A stretch of 32,000 bases of DNA from an uncultured Chloroflexia bacterium (GCA_963704755.1 OY969938.1:1710001-1742000); one strand, 5' to 3'. Shown: positions 18,380 to 27,183, counted from the stretch's first letter. The notes: generated by a model not told the origin, from the sequence alone. Translations and numbers: made by a program.

Positions 18380-20650
18380 TTAGGAAAACAACCCTTCCCC
18401 AGCACTGCTGGTAGGCAGGATTAACCCTGTATAAGGATCGTAAAACTTATTCGTGTCGCTCAACAAGGCATACTTCTCGGCGATGATCGTGATGCCACCC
18501 TGGTTGCTGAGTGCTTCTATGTCTTGCTGGTAAATCGAGACCGTATAGGGTTGCAATTTTCGCAAGGTGGCCAGTGGAAATAGCGTTGTTTTAAGTTCTT
18601 CAATAAGCCTTTTTGCCTCCTCACCGAATGGAATGATTACAGGTTGGGTTGCGTCTTCGATAACATGAAAATTCCGGGCCACGGTCGCAAATTTGAAATT
18701 GAGTTGGTTCTGCGGACCTGGTTGAAACGCATCAAGAATATTTTGATAATCGAGGTCGTGGATATCTTTGAGCTCATATAGCTGTTCGAAATAATCTTGA
18801 ATCGCGGGAATTGAAATAAGCTCGTCGCCATATCTGCGCAGAATATTGCGCGTTATCGCCACACCCTGGGCAACATACCCCGGAGTCCGTTTGACGAACT
18901 CGGAATCGGGCTCGAAAACATACATTTCCGCCATAGATTGCTTCATGTTCCGGTTGATTCGGCCGGCCGCCTGATTGATGGAATCCAGGCCGGTCAATGC
19001 CCGGTAGCCGACCGGGAAATCTACATCGATGCCTGCCTCCATTACCGTCGTCGATACAACGCGGCAGGTCTCCCCACAATCCAGCCTCCGGTGAATTTCC
19101 TCTAATTTCTCCTTGCGGTGAGCAGGGCACATCAGCGTCGAAAGGTGAAACTTGCCTTCGCCTTCCAATAATTTGAACAACCCACTGGCATGTTTTCGTG
19201 TATTCAGGATACACAAAACTTGCTTATAGTCTTGTAGTCTTTTGGCCAGATCTTTATCGGTAACTTTTTCGCTTAACGGTTTTACATTAACGCGCTTATA
19301 AAAAGCGAACAGGTCCTGTGGTTCAGGCGCAAGCTCGGTGACCGGGGTTCCTTCAGGCAAGAATCTTTCCAAATTGGGTTGGGTAGCGGTACAAAAAACC
19401 GCACTGGCGCCATAATTGGTCACTAATTCCGAAACAGCGCCTATAGCCGGGAGCAAATATTCTTTTGGAAACATTTGCGCTTCATCAAAGATGATTACGC
19501 TTTTAGCCAGGTTATGCAGCTTACGACAATGAGACGATTTATTGGCGAACAACGACTCGAAAAACTGTACATTCGTCGTAACGACGATAGGAATATTCCA
19601 ATTTTCTGCCGCCAACTTGAGCTTGGTATATACGCTCCTGGTCTGGTCTTCGGCTGCTTCGATAGAATCCCGCTTTTTCTGTTCCCAGTCGAAATTAGAA
19701 TGGTGTTCCAGAACGTTCTCTTCACCCAATATCTTTTTAAATACACCTGCATTTTGTTCGATGATCGTAGTGAATGGAATTACATAAATAATGCGTTTTA
19801 AATCGTTTTCAACGGCGTGATTGAGCGCAAAAGCCATTGACGCTAATGTTTTCCCCCCGCCGGTGGGTACGGTGAGTTTGAAGAAACCCGGTTTACCCGC
19901 GGCTTTCCTGATGCAACTTTTAAGAGTGTCGGTGCGCTTGCGGTTGATGGCTGTTTCGGGATGGTCAAATCCTTGCAAGTGAAGGTTGAATTTATCGCAC
20001 AACACCCGGATACTCTCATGCTCTCCACGTGGCTTTTTCCCCCGAATGAAATTCTCCGATTCCTGGAAATCGGCATCCACCAGGGCAGAAAAGAGCATAC
20101 GTGTCAGAAAGGCTATCGAAAAACCGATCCGGGAGATTGGTGGCTTTTCGGGAGAGCGACGAAGTTGTAATGGATGGATATTCAACCAATTTGGAGGTTT
20201 GAATTTAGCCAGATCGATATCTGTTTTGTAAGCACTATAATCGCAAACCTTCGTCTTGAGTCGTGCTTGCAGGGTTCCATCACCGGGTAAATCGGTCGAA
20301 TCGCCATAGTCTAACAAGCCAGTATGGTGACCACTGATGCAATATGCCAGGATCGTCGCCATAGGTTCTTGTGGTTTACCCTTGAAAAAATCGGTGATTT
20401 CTTTTGCTCCCGCGGTGGCATGGTCCACTTTAATGGAAGCCCCATTGAGTCGCGCTTGAAATTCTTCCGAATATTTCCCTAAATCATGGATGTAACCGGC
20501 CAATCTAGCCAGGTCCTCGATGTTTGCGTCACGGCCGAATTTGGCCGCTAATTCGGCTGTATTAGTGAGATGCTGCTTAATGGTTTGCCACTCTGATTGA
20601 TTTGTGCCTTTGGAGTGCGCATAAAAGTTCATCTTTTCCCCCTCAAACAT
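18380..20650 (-). CDS. cas3: Cas3 HD-nuclease / SF2 helicase
   Basis: 756-aa ORF. HD motifs (YIHDLGKYSEEFQ, DHATAGA), Walker A LTVPTGGGKT, and motif II IIFDEAQ. The start may be the second Met (MNFYAHSKG, at 20632). Confidence 0.95.
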   Translation of the reverse strand: MFEGEKMNFYAHSKGTNQSEWQTIKQHLTNTAELAAKFGRDANIEDLARLAGYIHDLGKYSEEFQARLNGASIKVDHATAGAKEITDFFKGKPQEPMATILAYCISGHHTGLLDYGDSTDLPGDGTLQARLKTKVCDYSAYKTDIDLAKFKPPNWLNIHPLQLRRSPEKPPISRIGFSIAFLTRMLFSALVDADFQESENFIRGKKPRGEHESIRVLCDKFNLHLQGFDHPETAINRKRTDTLKSCIRKAAGKPGFFKLTVPTGGGKTLASMAFALNHAVENDLKRIIYVIPFTTIIEQNAGVFKKILGEENVLEHHSNFDWEQKKRDSIEAAEDQTRSVYTKLKLAAENWNIPIVVTTNVQFFESLFANKSSHCRKLHNLAKSVIIFDEAQMFPKEYLLPAIGAVSELVTNYGASAVFCTATQPNLERFLPEGTPVTELAPEPQDLFAFYKRVNVKPLSEKVTDKDLAKRLQDYKQVLCILNTRKHASGLFKLLEGEGKFHLSTLMCPAHRKEKLEEIHRRLDCGETCRVVSTTVMEAGIDVDFPVGYRALTGLDSINQAAGRINRNMKQSMAEMYVFEPDSEFVKRTPGYVAQGVAITRNILRRYGDELISIPAIQDYFEQLYELKDIHDLDYQNILDAFQPGPQNQLNFKFATVARNFHVIEDATQPVIIPFGEEAKRLIEELKTTLFPLATLRKLQPYTVSIYQQDIEALSNQGGITIIAEKYALLSDTNKFYDPYTGLILPTSSAGEGLFS

Positions 20651-21158
20651 CGTTTTCCAAACCCAAGTTAATTTTGTAAATCGTTTTCACACCACACAAC
20701 ATTGCCAAGGAATGAGCTTCCATCCTCAACCTTTCCCGCAAATCCTCTGGCGTGAGCGCCTTACCATCGCTCCCCCATCCGCGGATCTATGGCAGCCTCT
20801 CCAGCGGTTCGGCGATCCAGGCGCGCCAGAACAGGCTGCCGTCATCCTGGAGGATCACCCGTTCCGAGTGGTGCCAGCGGGTTTCCTCGAACCGGTGGGC
20901 TGCACATGGGCTAAATTTCAAGATCACCTCCACCGGCTCAACTTCAGTATACCAGATGCCCCAGGCGTGCTTGAGCAGTTCGGTCGGGTCGAAGTCTTCC
21001 GAGATGGTGTAGGGCTCGCGCAGCAGCTCGATCCGCACGCTGCGCTCCCACTTGAGCGTACGCCATGTGTCCGGAGGTTCACGCCGGCCAATGGCGTGCA
21101 CCGGCTGGCCCACGGCATAGGGCTCGATGTAGTACGGCGCGAAGAAGAACTCGTTCAC
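20643..21158 (-). pseudogene. WYL-domain transcriptional regulator remnant (WYL + C-terminal extension only; in-frame amber)
   Basis: The translation ...FFFAPYYIEPYAVGQPVHAIGRREPPDTWRTLKWERSVRIELL...DPTELLKHAWGIWY...VILKFSPCAAHRFEETRWHHSERV..DDGSL resembles WYL regulators. A TAG at 20787-20789 interrupts ..ERLP*IRGWGSD.., where such proteins have PWI.GWG. The frame continues to a TGA at 20643-20645 that overlaps the cas3 ATG. An in-frame stop lies just upstream of 21158 and no HTH domain is encoded. Confidence 0.65.
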
Positions 21159-21547
21159 CTGGCCGTTTTCTTTGCGGCGTCACAAATGATTATTGGCAAA
21201 CCATCCTGAAATTTCAAATGTGCTCAGGAATTATCCCCAAAGTGAGCAATGCTAAAGATATGTCCGCGTGGATGGTTACCCTTTCATTTAGAATTAAAGC
21301 AGGATTTACGAGAAGTAGAGGGAGAAGTGATTTGGCTGGGTCTTGATTTGAAATTTCCGGATGAATTTTGGAAAGAGAATTTCGATCAAAATATCCTGAT
21401 CATTACCACCGGAGCACAGTTGACAGGAAGTGAGATTGAGATATAATTTCATCCGCGAGTTGCTACCGATAGGGAAACTGATTCGATAGGAACAAATGAT
21501 AAAGGCAGCCACTGATTGGATTTTTAGCCGGTCAGTGGACCTAAAAT

Positions 21548-21620
<73 letters not shown>

Positions 21621-21756
21621 CCTGGATTTACGGGAATATGAAAGGCGATGCCCCCATATATGCTGCTTTAGGCTGGGTCCGTTTTTCATCGTCTGCCTGC
21701 ATGCGAATATCTGCGGCACGGCTTGACACTCAAATTTAACGTTACATGGCGTTCTG

Positions 21757-23190
21757 CAGCCGGCCCCCTACTCTACAGGGGCCAACCAGACCGCTGTGCC
21801 ATACAAATATCCAAAATCAAAACCCTGGCGCTTTTCAACGTCAACCAGGTATGCAAACTTCCTGGCTTGAGCCAATAAATTGTTGGCCAGGAATTGTTTG
21901 CCGTCCGGTGACCAAACCACCCCACCGGGATTCCCATTGAATTCGTCATGGGTATACTCAACGATCGCGGGGTCCCATACTTCTTCCCGTTTAAAATCAT
22001 AGACCAATAACCGGACATCCGCTTCCTCTTGGACGTAAAAGGAAAGATACTGTCCATCCGGAGACCAGGCAATCCCGCTGGCCCACAGGAACTTTTCTGA
22101 AATCGCCGGATCAAGTAAAGACTTTTCATTCCCTTCCCGATCGACCACGGTCAATTCCAGGGTTTTATGTTCACCGGCATCTGGGACGAAAATGGCAAAG
22201 CGGCTCCCGTCCGGCGACCATGCGGGTTCAGAACTCCACGGCCGGGCTGCCAACGAGATCAGGTTCCGCCGCCAAATTTCTGTATTCGTTTTTAGGTCCC
22301 AAAGTGAAATCGCCCAGTCCGGCTTTTCGAGATTATTTTCATAAAATATCACCATCGAAAGTGAAGGGTCGTATTTCGGGGCGACCGAAGCGCTATACCA
22401 GTTTGGAACTGGCCAAAATCTCCCATCGACCAGGTTAGGAAAAGTCGGCGTGATCAGTTGCGACTGCTGAGTAACCAGGTTATATAAAATGAGCCTGCCC
22501 AAAGGGTATGGGTTTCCAACCGGGTATAGAAAAACCTGGGTATTCGAAGGCCAGTAGGCTATGCCACTTGCTTGCAGCTTATCTAGATCCACCGACTGAT
22601 AGGAATCTCCATCGGTAAGGATCATGGAGGTTTTTACCGCTGTTTTGCTGAGCTCTTCCCGGATAAATGCAGCATGACGTTGATCCGGCGCGATCATCTG
22701 ATTGCTATTATTATCTGCGAAAATGCAACAATCTTGTATCGAAAGGAACACTTCTGGAGATGCCATTTCGTGTTGATATTTATCTACCACTGCATAGGAA
22801 CGTTTCCCCTTCTGAAGCGGATTGAACAAAATCGTGCCATCTGACAGGCTTTCGGTATCCATAGCCGGGGGATTAACCTGAGGGTATTCGGATGCCGTCA
22901 TCATTGAAGTAGGTGTTAAACTGGCAAACGGGGAAGGAGACGGCGTCGATCGCATGGGTATCGTTTCGGTTGCTGCCGGCCCTGGCGGTGTAACCGTCAG
23001 AGTCGAAATGCCAGTTGCCGTCATTTCTGGAGATGGATTGTTACAGCCGGCCAGGCAAAGAACAACCACGAGAACGCCAAATGTTTTTATTGTTTTTGAT
23101 GAGAAGCGCATTTTTTTACCATTGGCTTGCAAAATCACGATAGCTCAGGCAATCGTTCGAAATGATTCGATCGGTTATTTCTTTAATCAA
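21757..23190. repeat. segmental direct duplication, copy 1 (partner at 30567-32000)
   Basis: The offset is exactly 8810 bp at both ends, with no net indel. By eye it is near-identical except for two short divergent patches. The extent is limited by the window end. Confidence 0.9.
21768..23111 (-). CDS. exported PD40/TolB-like beta-propeller lipoprotein (paralog A1)
   Basis: Signal peptide plus lipobox MRFSSKTIKTFGVLVVVLCLAGC. PD40-type blades AWSPDGSRFAIF, AWSPDGQYLSF and VVWSPDGKQFLA. I place the start at the Met that matches the paralog; the ORF track opens at 23138. Confidence 0.8.
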   Translation of the reverse strand: MRFSSKTIKTFGVLVVVLCLAGCNNPSPEMTATGISTLTVTPPGPAATETIPMRSTPSPSPFASLTPTSMMTASEYPQVNPPAMDTESLSDGTILFNPLQKGKRSYAVVDKYQHEMASPEVFLSIQDCCIFADNNSNQMIAPDQRHAAFIREELSKTAVKTSMILTDGDSYQSVDLDKLQASGIAYWPSNTQVFLYPVGNPYPLGRLILYNLVTQQSQLITPTFPNLVDGRFWPVPNWYSASVAPKYDPSLSMVIFYENNLEKPDWAISLWDLKTNTEIWRRNLISLAARPWSSEPAWSPDGSRFAIFVPDAGEHKTLELTVVDREGNEKSLLDPAISEKFLWASGIAWSPDGQYLSFYVQEEADVRLLVYDFKREEVWDPAIVEYTHDEFNGNPGGVVWSPDGKQFLANNLLAQARKFAYLVDVEKRQGFDFGYLYGTAVWLAPVE

Positions 23191-24030
23191 ATAGCCCGGA
23201 TCAGCTTGTGTTTTCCATACAATTTCTCCAAAGGTTTCTTCTTGATCATGAATATCGACAGGATGCTCAGGATCGAATAATTCGAGAACAACATCTTTCT
23301 CTGTAGAATCGCCCAGGCAAATATTGGCCTGGGTGGTCGTTAAACTATCAATAGCAAAAACAAACCCATACTGTTGATAATCCAAAATGAAGCCCATCCA
23401 ATCCGCATAAGGGCCGTGAAGATAAATCGAATTTGGGTATCCTAGCTGTTTGACTTGTTTGTCAACATCGAGGAACGCAGGAAATTCATCGAGCCGAATG
23501 GTTATTAACTCGACAATCCCGTTTTTCCAATTTACATCAATTGAAATTGACTTTCCGGCATTATTCGAAGGACTATTTTGAAAATTTTCCGTGTCCTCGA
23601 TGAGAAATATTGTCGAGCCCCCTTCCGCGAGGTATTGGTCTTCTTGGAAGTTTAATCCTAAATTCGCAGCGAAACTTTTAATATCATAAAATGTAGATGT
23701 TCCAGGAGTTAGCCCCAGCCAACAAGGCAAAATGCAGGCATGTGTTCCGGCTAAAACATCCGTTTTGTTTTGAATTTCCTCATAGGTTAAGGTAGCAATT
23801 GCTTCCGGCGTATAGCTTGTAGGCGTGGGCTGGATGTTTTTAGGTTGAAGGGATGGGAGAGACAAGTCCCATGTAGGCGATGTCGTCTCTAACTGTGTGG
23901 GAATTGATTTAGAAGGTAGCGGAGTGTTTTGAATAGATTCCAGCGTTGCAAAACCAACCTGTCTATCCTGGTGATTACACCCCGGCAATATGAACAACAA
24001 AACTAAAAAGAGGTAACGGATATTCGCCAA
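23116..24030 (-). CDS. hypothetical lipoprotein (304 aa)
   Basis: N-terminus MANIRYLFLVLLFILPGC is lipobox-like, with a TTG start that is uncertain. No recognisable domain. It lies 4 nt upstream of the PD40 lipoprotein gene, and a second copy begins at the window edge. Confidence 0.6.
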   Translation of the reverse strand: MANIRYLFLVLLFILPGCNHQDRQVGFATLESIQNTPLPSKSIPTQLETTSPTWDLSLPSLQPKNIQPTPTSYTPEAIATLTYEEIQNKTDVLAGTHACILPCWLGLTPGTSTFYDIKSFAANLGLNFQEDQYLAEGGSTIFLIEDTENFQNSPSNNAGKSISIDVNWKNGIVELITIRLDEFPAFLDVDKQVKQLGYPNSIYLHGPYADWMGFILDYQQYGFVFAIDSLTTTQANICLGDSTEKDVVLELFDPEHPVDIHDQEETFGEIVWKTQADPGYLIKEITDRIISNDCLSYRDFASQW

Positions 24031-24098
24031 TTTCTACATCTTTTCATATAAAGCTATTGATTATGAAGGCCGGTGCTTAGGCAACAACAACCGTAATA

Positions 24099-24401
24099 TC
24101 ATTTTTTACATATTGAAGACCTTTGTTTTAATTTTTTTCTACTTGCTGGATTCTCTGAAGGGCCATAATATCTGGCCCGCAAATAGACCAGCCCGGTCAG
24201 CGGGTCGTAGCTCGCGTCGGTGAAGGCGTAACCTGTCGATTCAACTCCTTCACTCTCCAGCACCTCTCCATAAGGTGAGTAGCTTTGGGTTAGGGTAATA
24301 GCTCTGCTTGCGTCGGCCAACTGACGCACACTGCCCAGAGCCCCCGGTATGAAGTTCTGAATTGGATTCTTGAAATTCCAAGTATAAATACCTTGAGTAC
24401 T
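24099..24401 (-). pseudogene. RHS/YD core fragment (cassette d), without a toxin tip
   Basis: The frame reads ..FIPGALGSVRQLADASRAITLTQSYSPYGEVLES..GYAFTDASYDPLTGLVYLRARYYGPSENPASRKKLKQRSSICKK*. The RHS core ends inside the RARYY(D/S)P..GRF motif. The NNP...DPxG cleavage motif and any toxin domain are missing, and there is no ATG. Confidence 0.7.
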
Positions 24402-24483
24402 TTAGACGTAAAAAGCTTATGGAATCCAGAATATGGGCATAAGCCTTTTTCATTTTTGTAGAGACCACTTCTATACATATGGG

Positions 24484-24798
24484 CTAACTATTTTTGTCTT
24501 CATCCTCAGACTTGTTACGTCGCCACCACCATTTTCTCCATCTGTCGGAAAACCAAAGCTCTCGACTATAAATAACCGGAAAAAGAATGGTTATATAACA
24601 GGCGATGGCTAGTAATGTGGCCTTTGGAGCTGCGAGCCTTATCCAGGCTAACACGCAAATGCAAAGCAAGGCTATATAAAAAGGGGAGTACAAAGAAATA
24701 TAGCCTTTCTTTCGTAACCAATATCCAACACCTAGAGATGGAAGCGAACATAATACCCCTATTGCTGTTGTCGAAAGTATGAATACAGGGATGTTCAT
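24484..24798 (-). CDS. small 3-TM membrane protein with basic Trp/Arg-rich tail (immunity candidate)
   Basis: 104-aa ORF with three hydrophobic helices and the tail RWRKWWWRRNKSEDEDKNS. A good GGGAGAG Shine-Dalgarno lies 5 nt before the ATG. Confidence 0.6.
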   Translation of the reverse strand: MNIPVFILSTTAIGVLCSLPSLGVGYWLRKKGYISLYSPFYIALLCICVLAWIRLAAPKATLLAIACYITILFPVIYSRELWFSDRWRKWWWRRNKSEDEDKNS

Positions 24799-24813
24799 AA
24801 AAACTCTCCCAAA

Positions 24814-25032
24814 TTAAGGGGTTATGAGAATGGCATTTTCTAAATCATGATAAACACACCCTATTGAAAAGCCACCGCTAATAGCGGAACCAAATCCAGG
24901 TATGAGACCAGATAAGGCACTACCTAAACTTAACCAAGCTCCATTAGGATCACCATTGATAATTAGAATAGGTGTATTGCCCAAATTATAAGCGAAGTTA
25001 ACTTCGTTTATTGTTTTAAGGGTTGCTTTCAT
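24814..25032 (-). CDS. 72-aa Gly/Ser-rich small protein
   Basis: ORF 21 nt downstream of the toxin c stop, with no clear SD. It contains AWLSLGSALSGLIPGFGSAISGG, which resembles the last 24 aa of toxin c. Confidence 0.45.
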   Translation of the reverse strand: MKATLKTINEVNFAYNLGNTPILIINGDPNGAWLSLGSALSGLIPGFGSAISGGFSIGCVYHDLENAILITP

Positions 25033-25053
25033 ATTTGAAGTGTACTTTACACC

Positions 25054-25836
25054 TTAAATCGCGGAACTCGCACCGGGGATAATGCTAGCAAGAGCACTTA
25101 TGGTATCAAGAGAAAAACTCAACCAGTTTACCTTTGAAGGGTTAAAAATTAGATGGTAGTGTTTATCCCATGCCATTGTGTCGAATTTTATAGAACCATC
25201 GCTACGCCTAATTTGATACCAATAAGTATGGGCTAATTTGTAATCCAAATCCACCAGATCGCCATCGTTATATTCATCAGCGACAATGATTCCTTGCCCA
25301 TACTTTCCATTTGGCCTAAGTGTTCCAAATTGACCGCCAGCAAATTTACCAACATAACTAGGACTAAATTTATATCTATCTATCTCTCCGTCAATACCAG
25401 CATAGAACAGATCGCCAGTCTCTGCTCGACGCATAACCTCCAGCCAACCCCATTTTCCGTTAAATCTACCTCCAAATTCAAATTGCTTTATAACATCAGA
25501 CCAAGAATTTTTACCCATGAAAAGCATAATATCTTCTTCAGAAAATTCACCGTATGGGTCAACGAAATTGATCGGATTATTCCTTGCATAATTGTACCGA
25601 TTCCAATCTCCTGGAGAAAAAGGCCCTGGCATAAAAGGGTCAGGCTGCGTGAACTCGTGAAGATAAGGAGAGTAATATCTGGCCCGCAAGTAGACTAACC
25701 CCGTTTGCGGATCATACATCTCGCCGGTGTAGGCGTAATCACTGACGGCATCGCCACTACTATATAATATCTCCCCATAGGGCGTGTAGCTTTGCGTCAG
25801 GGTGACTGCTCCGCTCGCGTCGGTCAACTGATGCAC
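25054..25836 (-). CDS. orphan RHS C-terminal cassette c: RHS core end plus ~160-aa unrecognised toxin tip
   Basis: (V)HQLTDASGAVTLTQSYTPYGEILYS..YAYTGEMYDPQTGLVYLRARYYSP...NRYNYARNNPINFVDPYGEF, followed by a domain I cannot assign. It opens with the GTG of the GSVRQL motif and has stop codons immediately upstream, so it is 5'-truncated. Confidence 0.8.
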   Translation of the reverse strand: MHQLTDASGAVTLTQSYTPYGEILYSSGDAVSDYAYTGEMYDPQTGLVYLRARYYSPYLHEFTQPDPFMPGPFSPGDWNRYNYARNNPINFVDPYGEFSEEDIMLFMGKNSWSDVIKQFEFGGRFNGKWGWLEVMRRAETGDLFYAGIDGEIDRYKFSPSYVGKFAGGQFGTLRPNGKYGQGIIVADEYNDGDLVDLDYKLAHTYWYQIRRSDGSIKFDTMAWDKHYHLIFNPSKVNWLSFSLDTISALASIIPGASSAI

Positions 25837-26078
25837 ACTTCATTGGCTATGGGTGTGTCAAATGGTCGGCCTATATGGCAGGAAGCAACCAACTTCCTAT
25901 AAACGTTTTCTCTTCAGTGATATTTTTCTTACGGTACTTACCGTGCCGAGAAATATTTACTTATAGACAACAAATTTTTCAATACGTATAGCATTAATGT
26001 TTTAGATTGTACATTGTTGTCGATCACACAGAAATTCGCTATAAATCGGCTGATTTTAATTGAGCGAGCGGACAACGA

Positions 26079-27176
26079 TTACTCTGTTAGCTTCGGTGAA
26101 AATCGATACAATCCATTTTCCGTAGCAATCAGGATAGCATCCTGGCCCTCCTCTTTCATGTCAAGAACTTCTCTGAACGGCAATTTGGTTAAACTAACCC
26201 ACTGCCCATTTTCCTCGTATGCCAGGCAAGCGTTTTTCTGATTCCTCAAACAGGCATTGATCCATAACCTCCCGCTTTGGTCCACCAGCAAGCGTAGCCT
26301 ACCCGGATCGAGGGCTAAATCCGATGAATAAAAGGGGATTCTCTCCAGGTTACCATCTCTATCGATTATTACTAACCAATCCTGATGTTCATGTACCGCA
26401 AAAACGTTTCCATATTCGTCTGAGCCGATACGGATTGCCGTGTAGGAGCCAGAAGGCCATAACATTTCTCCAGAATAGATTTCCCAACCGGTACCGTTAT
26501 AGTGACCAATTCCCACGGGCCAGCCAAACGAAGCCCAAAGTGTACCATCAGCGGTAAATAGAATTTGTTCCGCCTCTGCCATCACTTTTTTTGGATTTGG
26601 CAGCAAACTCCAGTCAGCGCCAGCGAAAATTTGAATGCCTTTATAGCAATTACAATTTGGCAACGCCACATACACCTCTCCTAGAGGAGAAATCGCCAAT
26701 CTGGGCACGGCAGTTTCACTGGTATTATTCAAATTGAAGAAATCCCATTTTCTATTGTGGTAATGCGCTAAACCTTCACGCCCAACAGCCCAAAGCGTAC
26801 CATCTGGTGAAACAGCCATATCACTTGGTGTTGAGAGACCGTAATCCTCTCCGGAAAAATGCGTCCAATTTCCCTGATAAAAGTAGCCAATTCCCTTTTG
26901 AGCAAAATACGCCCAAATTCCCTGCTCCGCACCAAGCTCAACCTGAGAAACCATATCTTCGTCATAAATCTGGTCCCATTCGGTGGGAATAAACTCTCTT
27001 TCCACGATGGGGACACCCCCTTGAGTAGAGGTGATTTGCGGCGTTACAAGGGTTGGTGTGGCATGGCCTATTGTTCCATTGGTTCCCGGTGAGGAAAAGA
27101 TGCTCTTTTCATTTTGAGTTGAGCATGAAGCTAAAGATAAAGCCATGAAGAAGAATAAAGTCATCCTTTTTTTCAT
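26079..27176 (-). CDS. exported beta-propeller lipoprotein (two-component-regulator-propeller-like blades), immunity candidate for toxin b
   Basis: MKKRMTLFFFMALSLASC lipobox. Repeated blades GIWAYFAQKGIGYFYQGNWTHF, DGTLWAVGREGLAHYHNRKWDFF, DGTLWASFGWPVGIGHYNGTGWEIY, SGRLWINA. The ATG at 27176 has a GAGGGG SD and lies 8 nt after the toxin b stop. Confidence 0.75.
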   Translation of the reverse strand: MKKRMTLFFFMALSLASCSTQNEKSIFSSPGTNGTIGHATPTLVTPQITSTQGGVPIVEREFIPTEWDQIYDEDMVSQVELGAEQGIWAYFAQKGIGYFYQGNWTHFSGEDYGLSTPSDMAVSPDGTLWAVGREGLAHYHNRKWDFFNLNNTSETAVPRLAISPLGEVYVALPNCNCYKGIQIFAGADWSLLPNPKKVMAEAEQILFTADGTLWASFGWPVGIGHYNGTGWEIYSGEMLWPSGSYTAIRIGSDEYGNVFAVHEHQDWLVIIDRDGNLERIPFYSSDLALDPGRLRLLVDQSGRLWINACLRNQKNACLAYEENGQWVSLTKLPFREVLDMKEEGQDAILIATENGLYRFSPKLTE

Positions 27177-27183
27177 TTTCCCC

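Noticed and set aside
20712-21209. 165-aa + strand ORF between cas3 and the tRNA
   Set aside because: It is antisense to the frame that shows WYL-domain similarity and has no recognisable motif of its own. I treat it as a shadow ORF.
22307-22820. Diversity-generating retroelement (DGR) as the source of the hypervariable patches in the PD40 paralogs
   Set aside because: Substitutions between the copies involve all four bases rather than adenine-specific changes. No reverse transcriptase or template repeat is present in the window.
23112-23138. Upstream start (MILQANGKK-) for the PD40 lipoprotein, overlapping the 304-aa gene
   Set aside because: The paralog at 30578-31921 starts at the equivalent of 23111, directly before the signal peptide. 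The extension would bury the lipoprotein signal.
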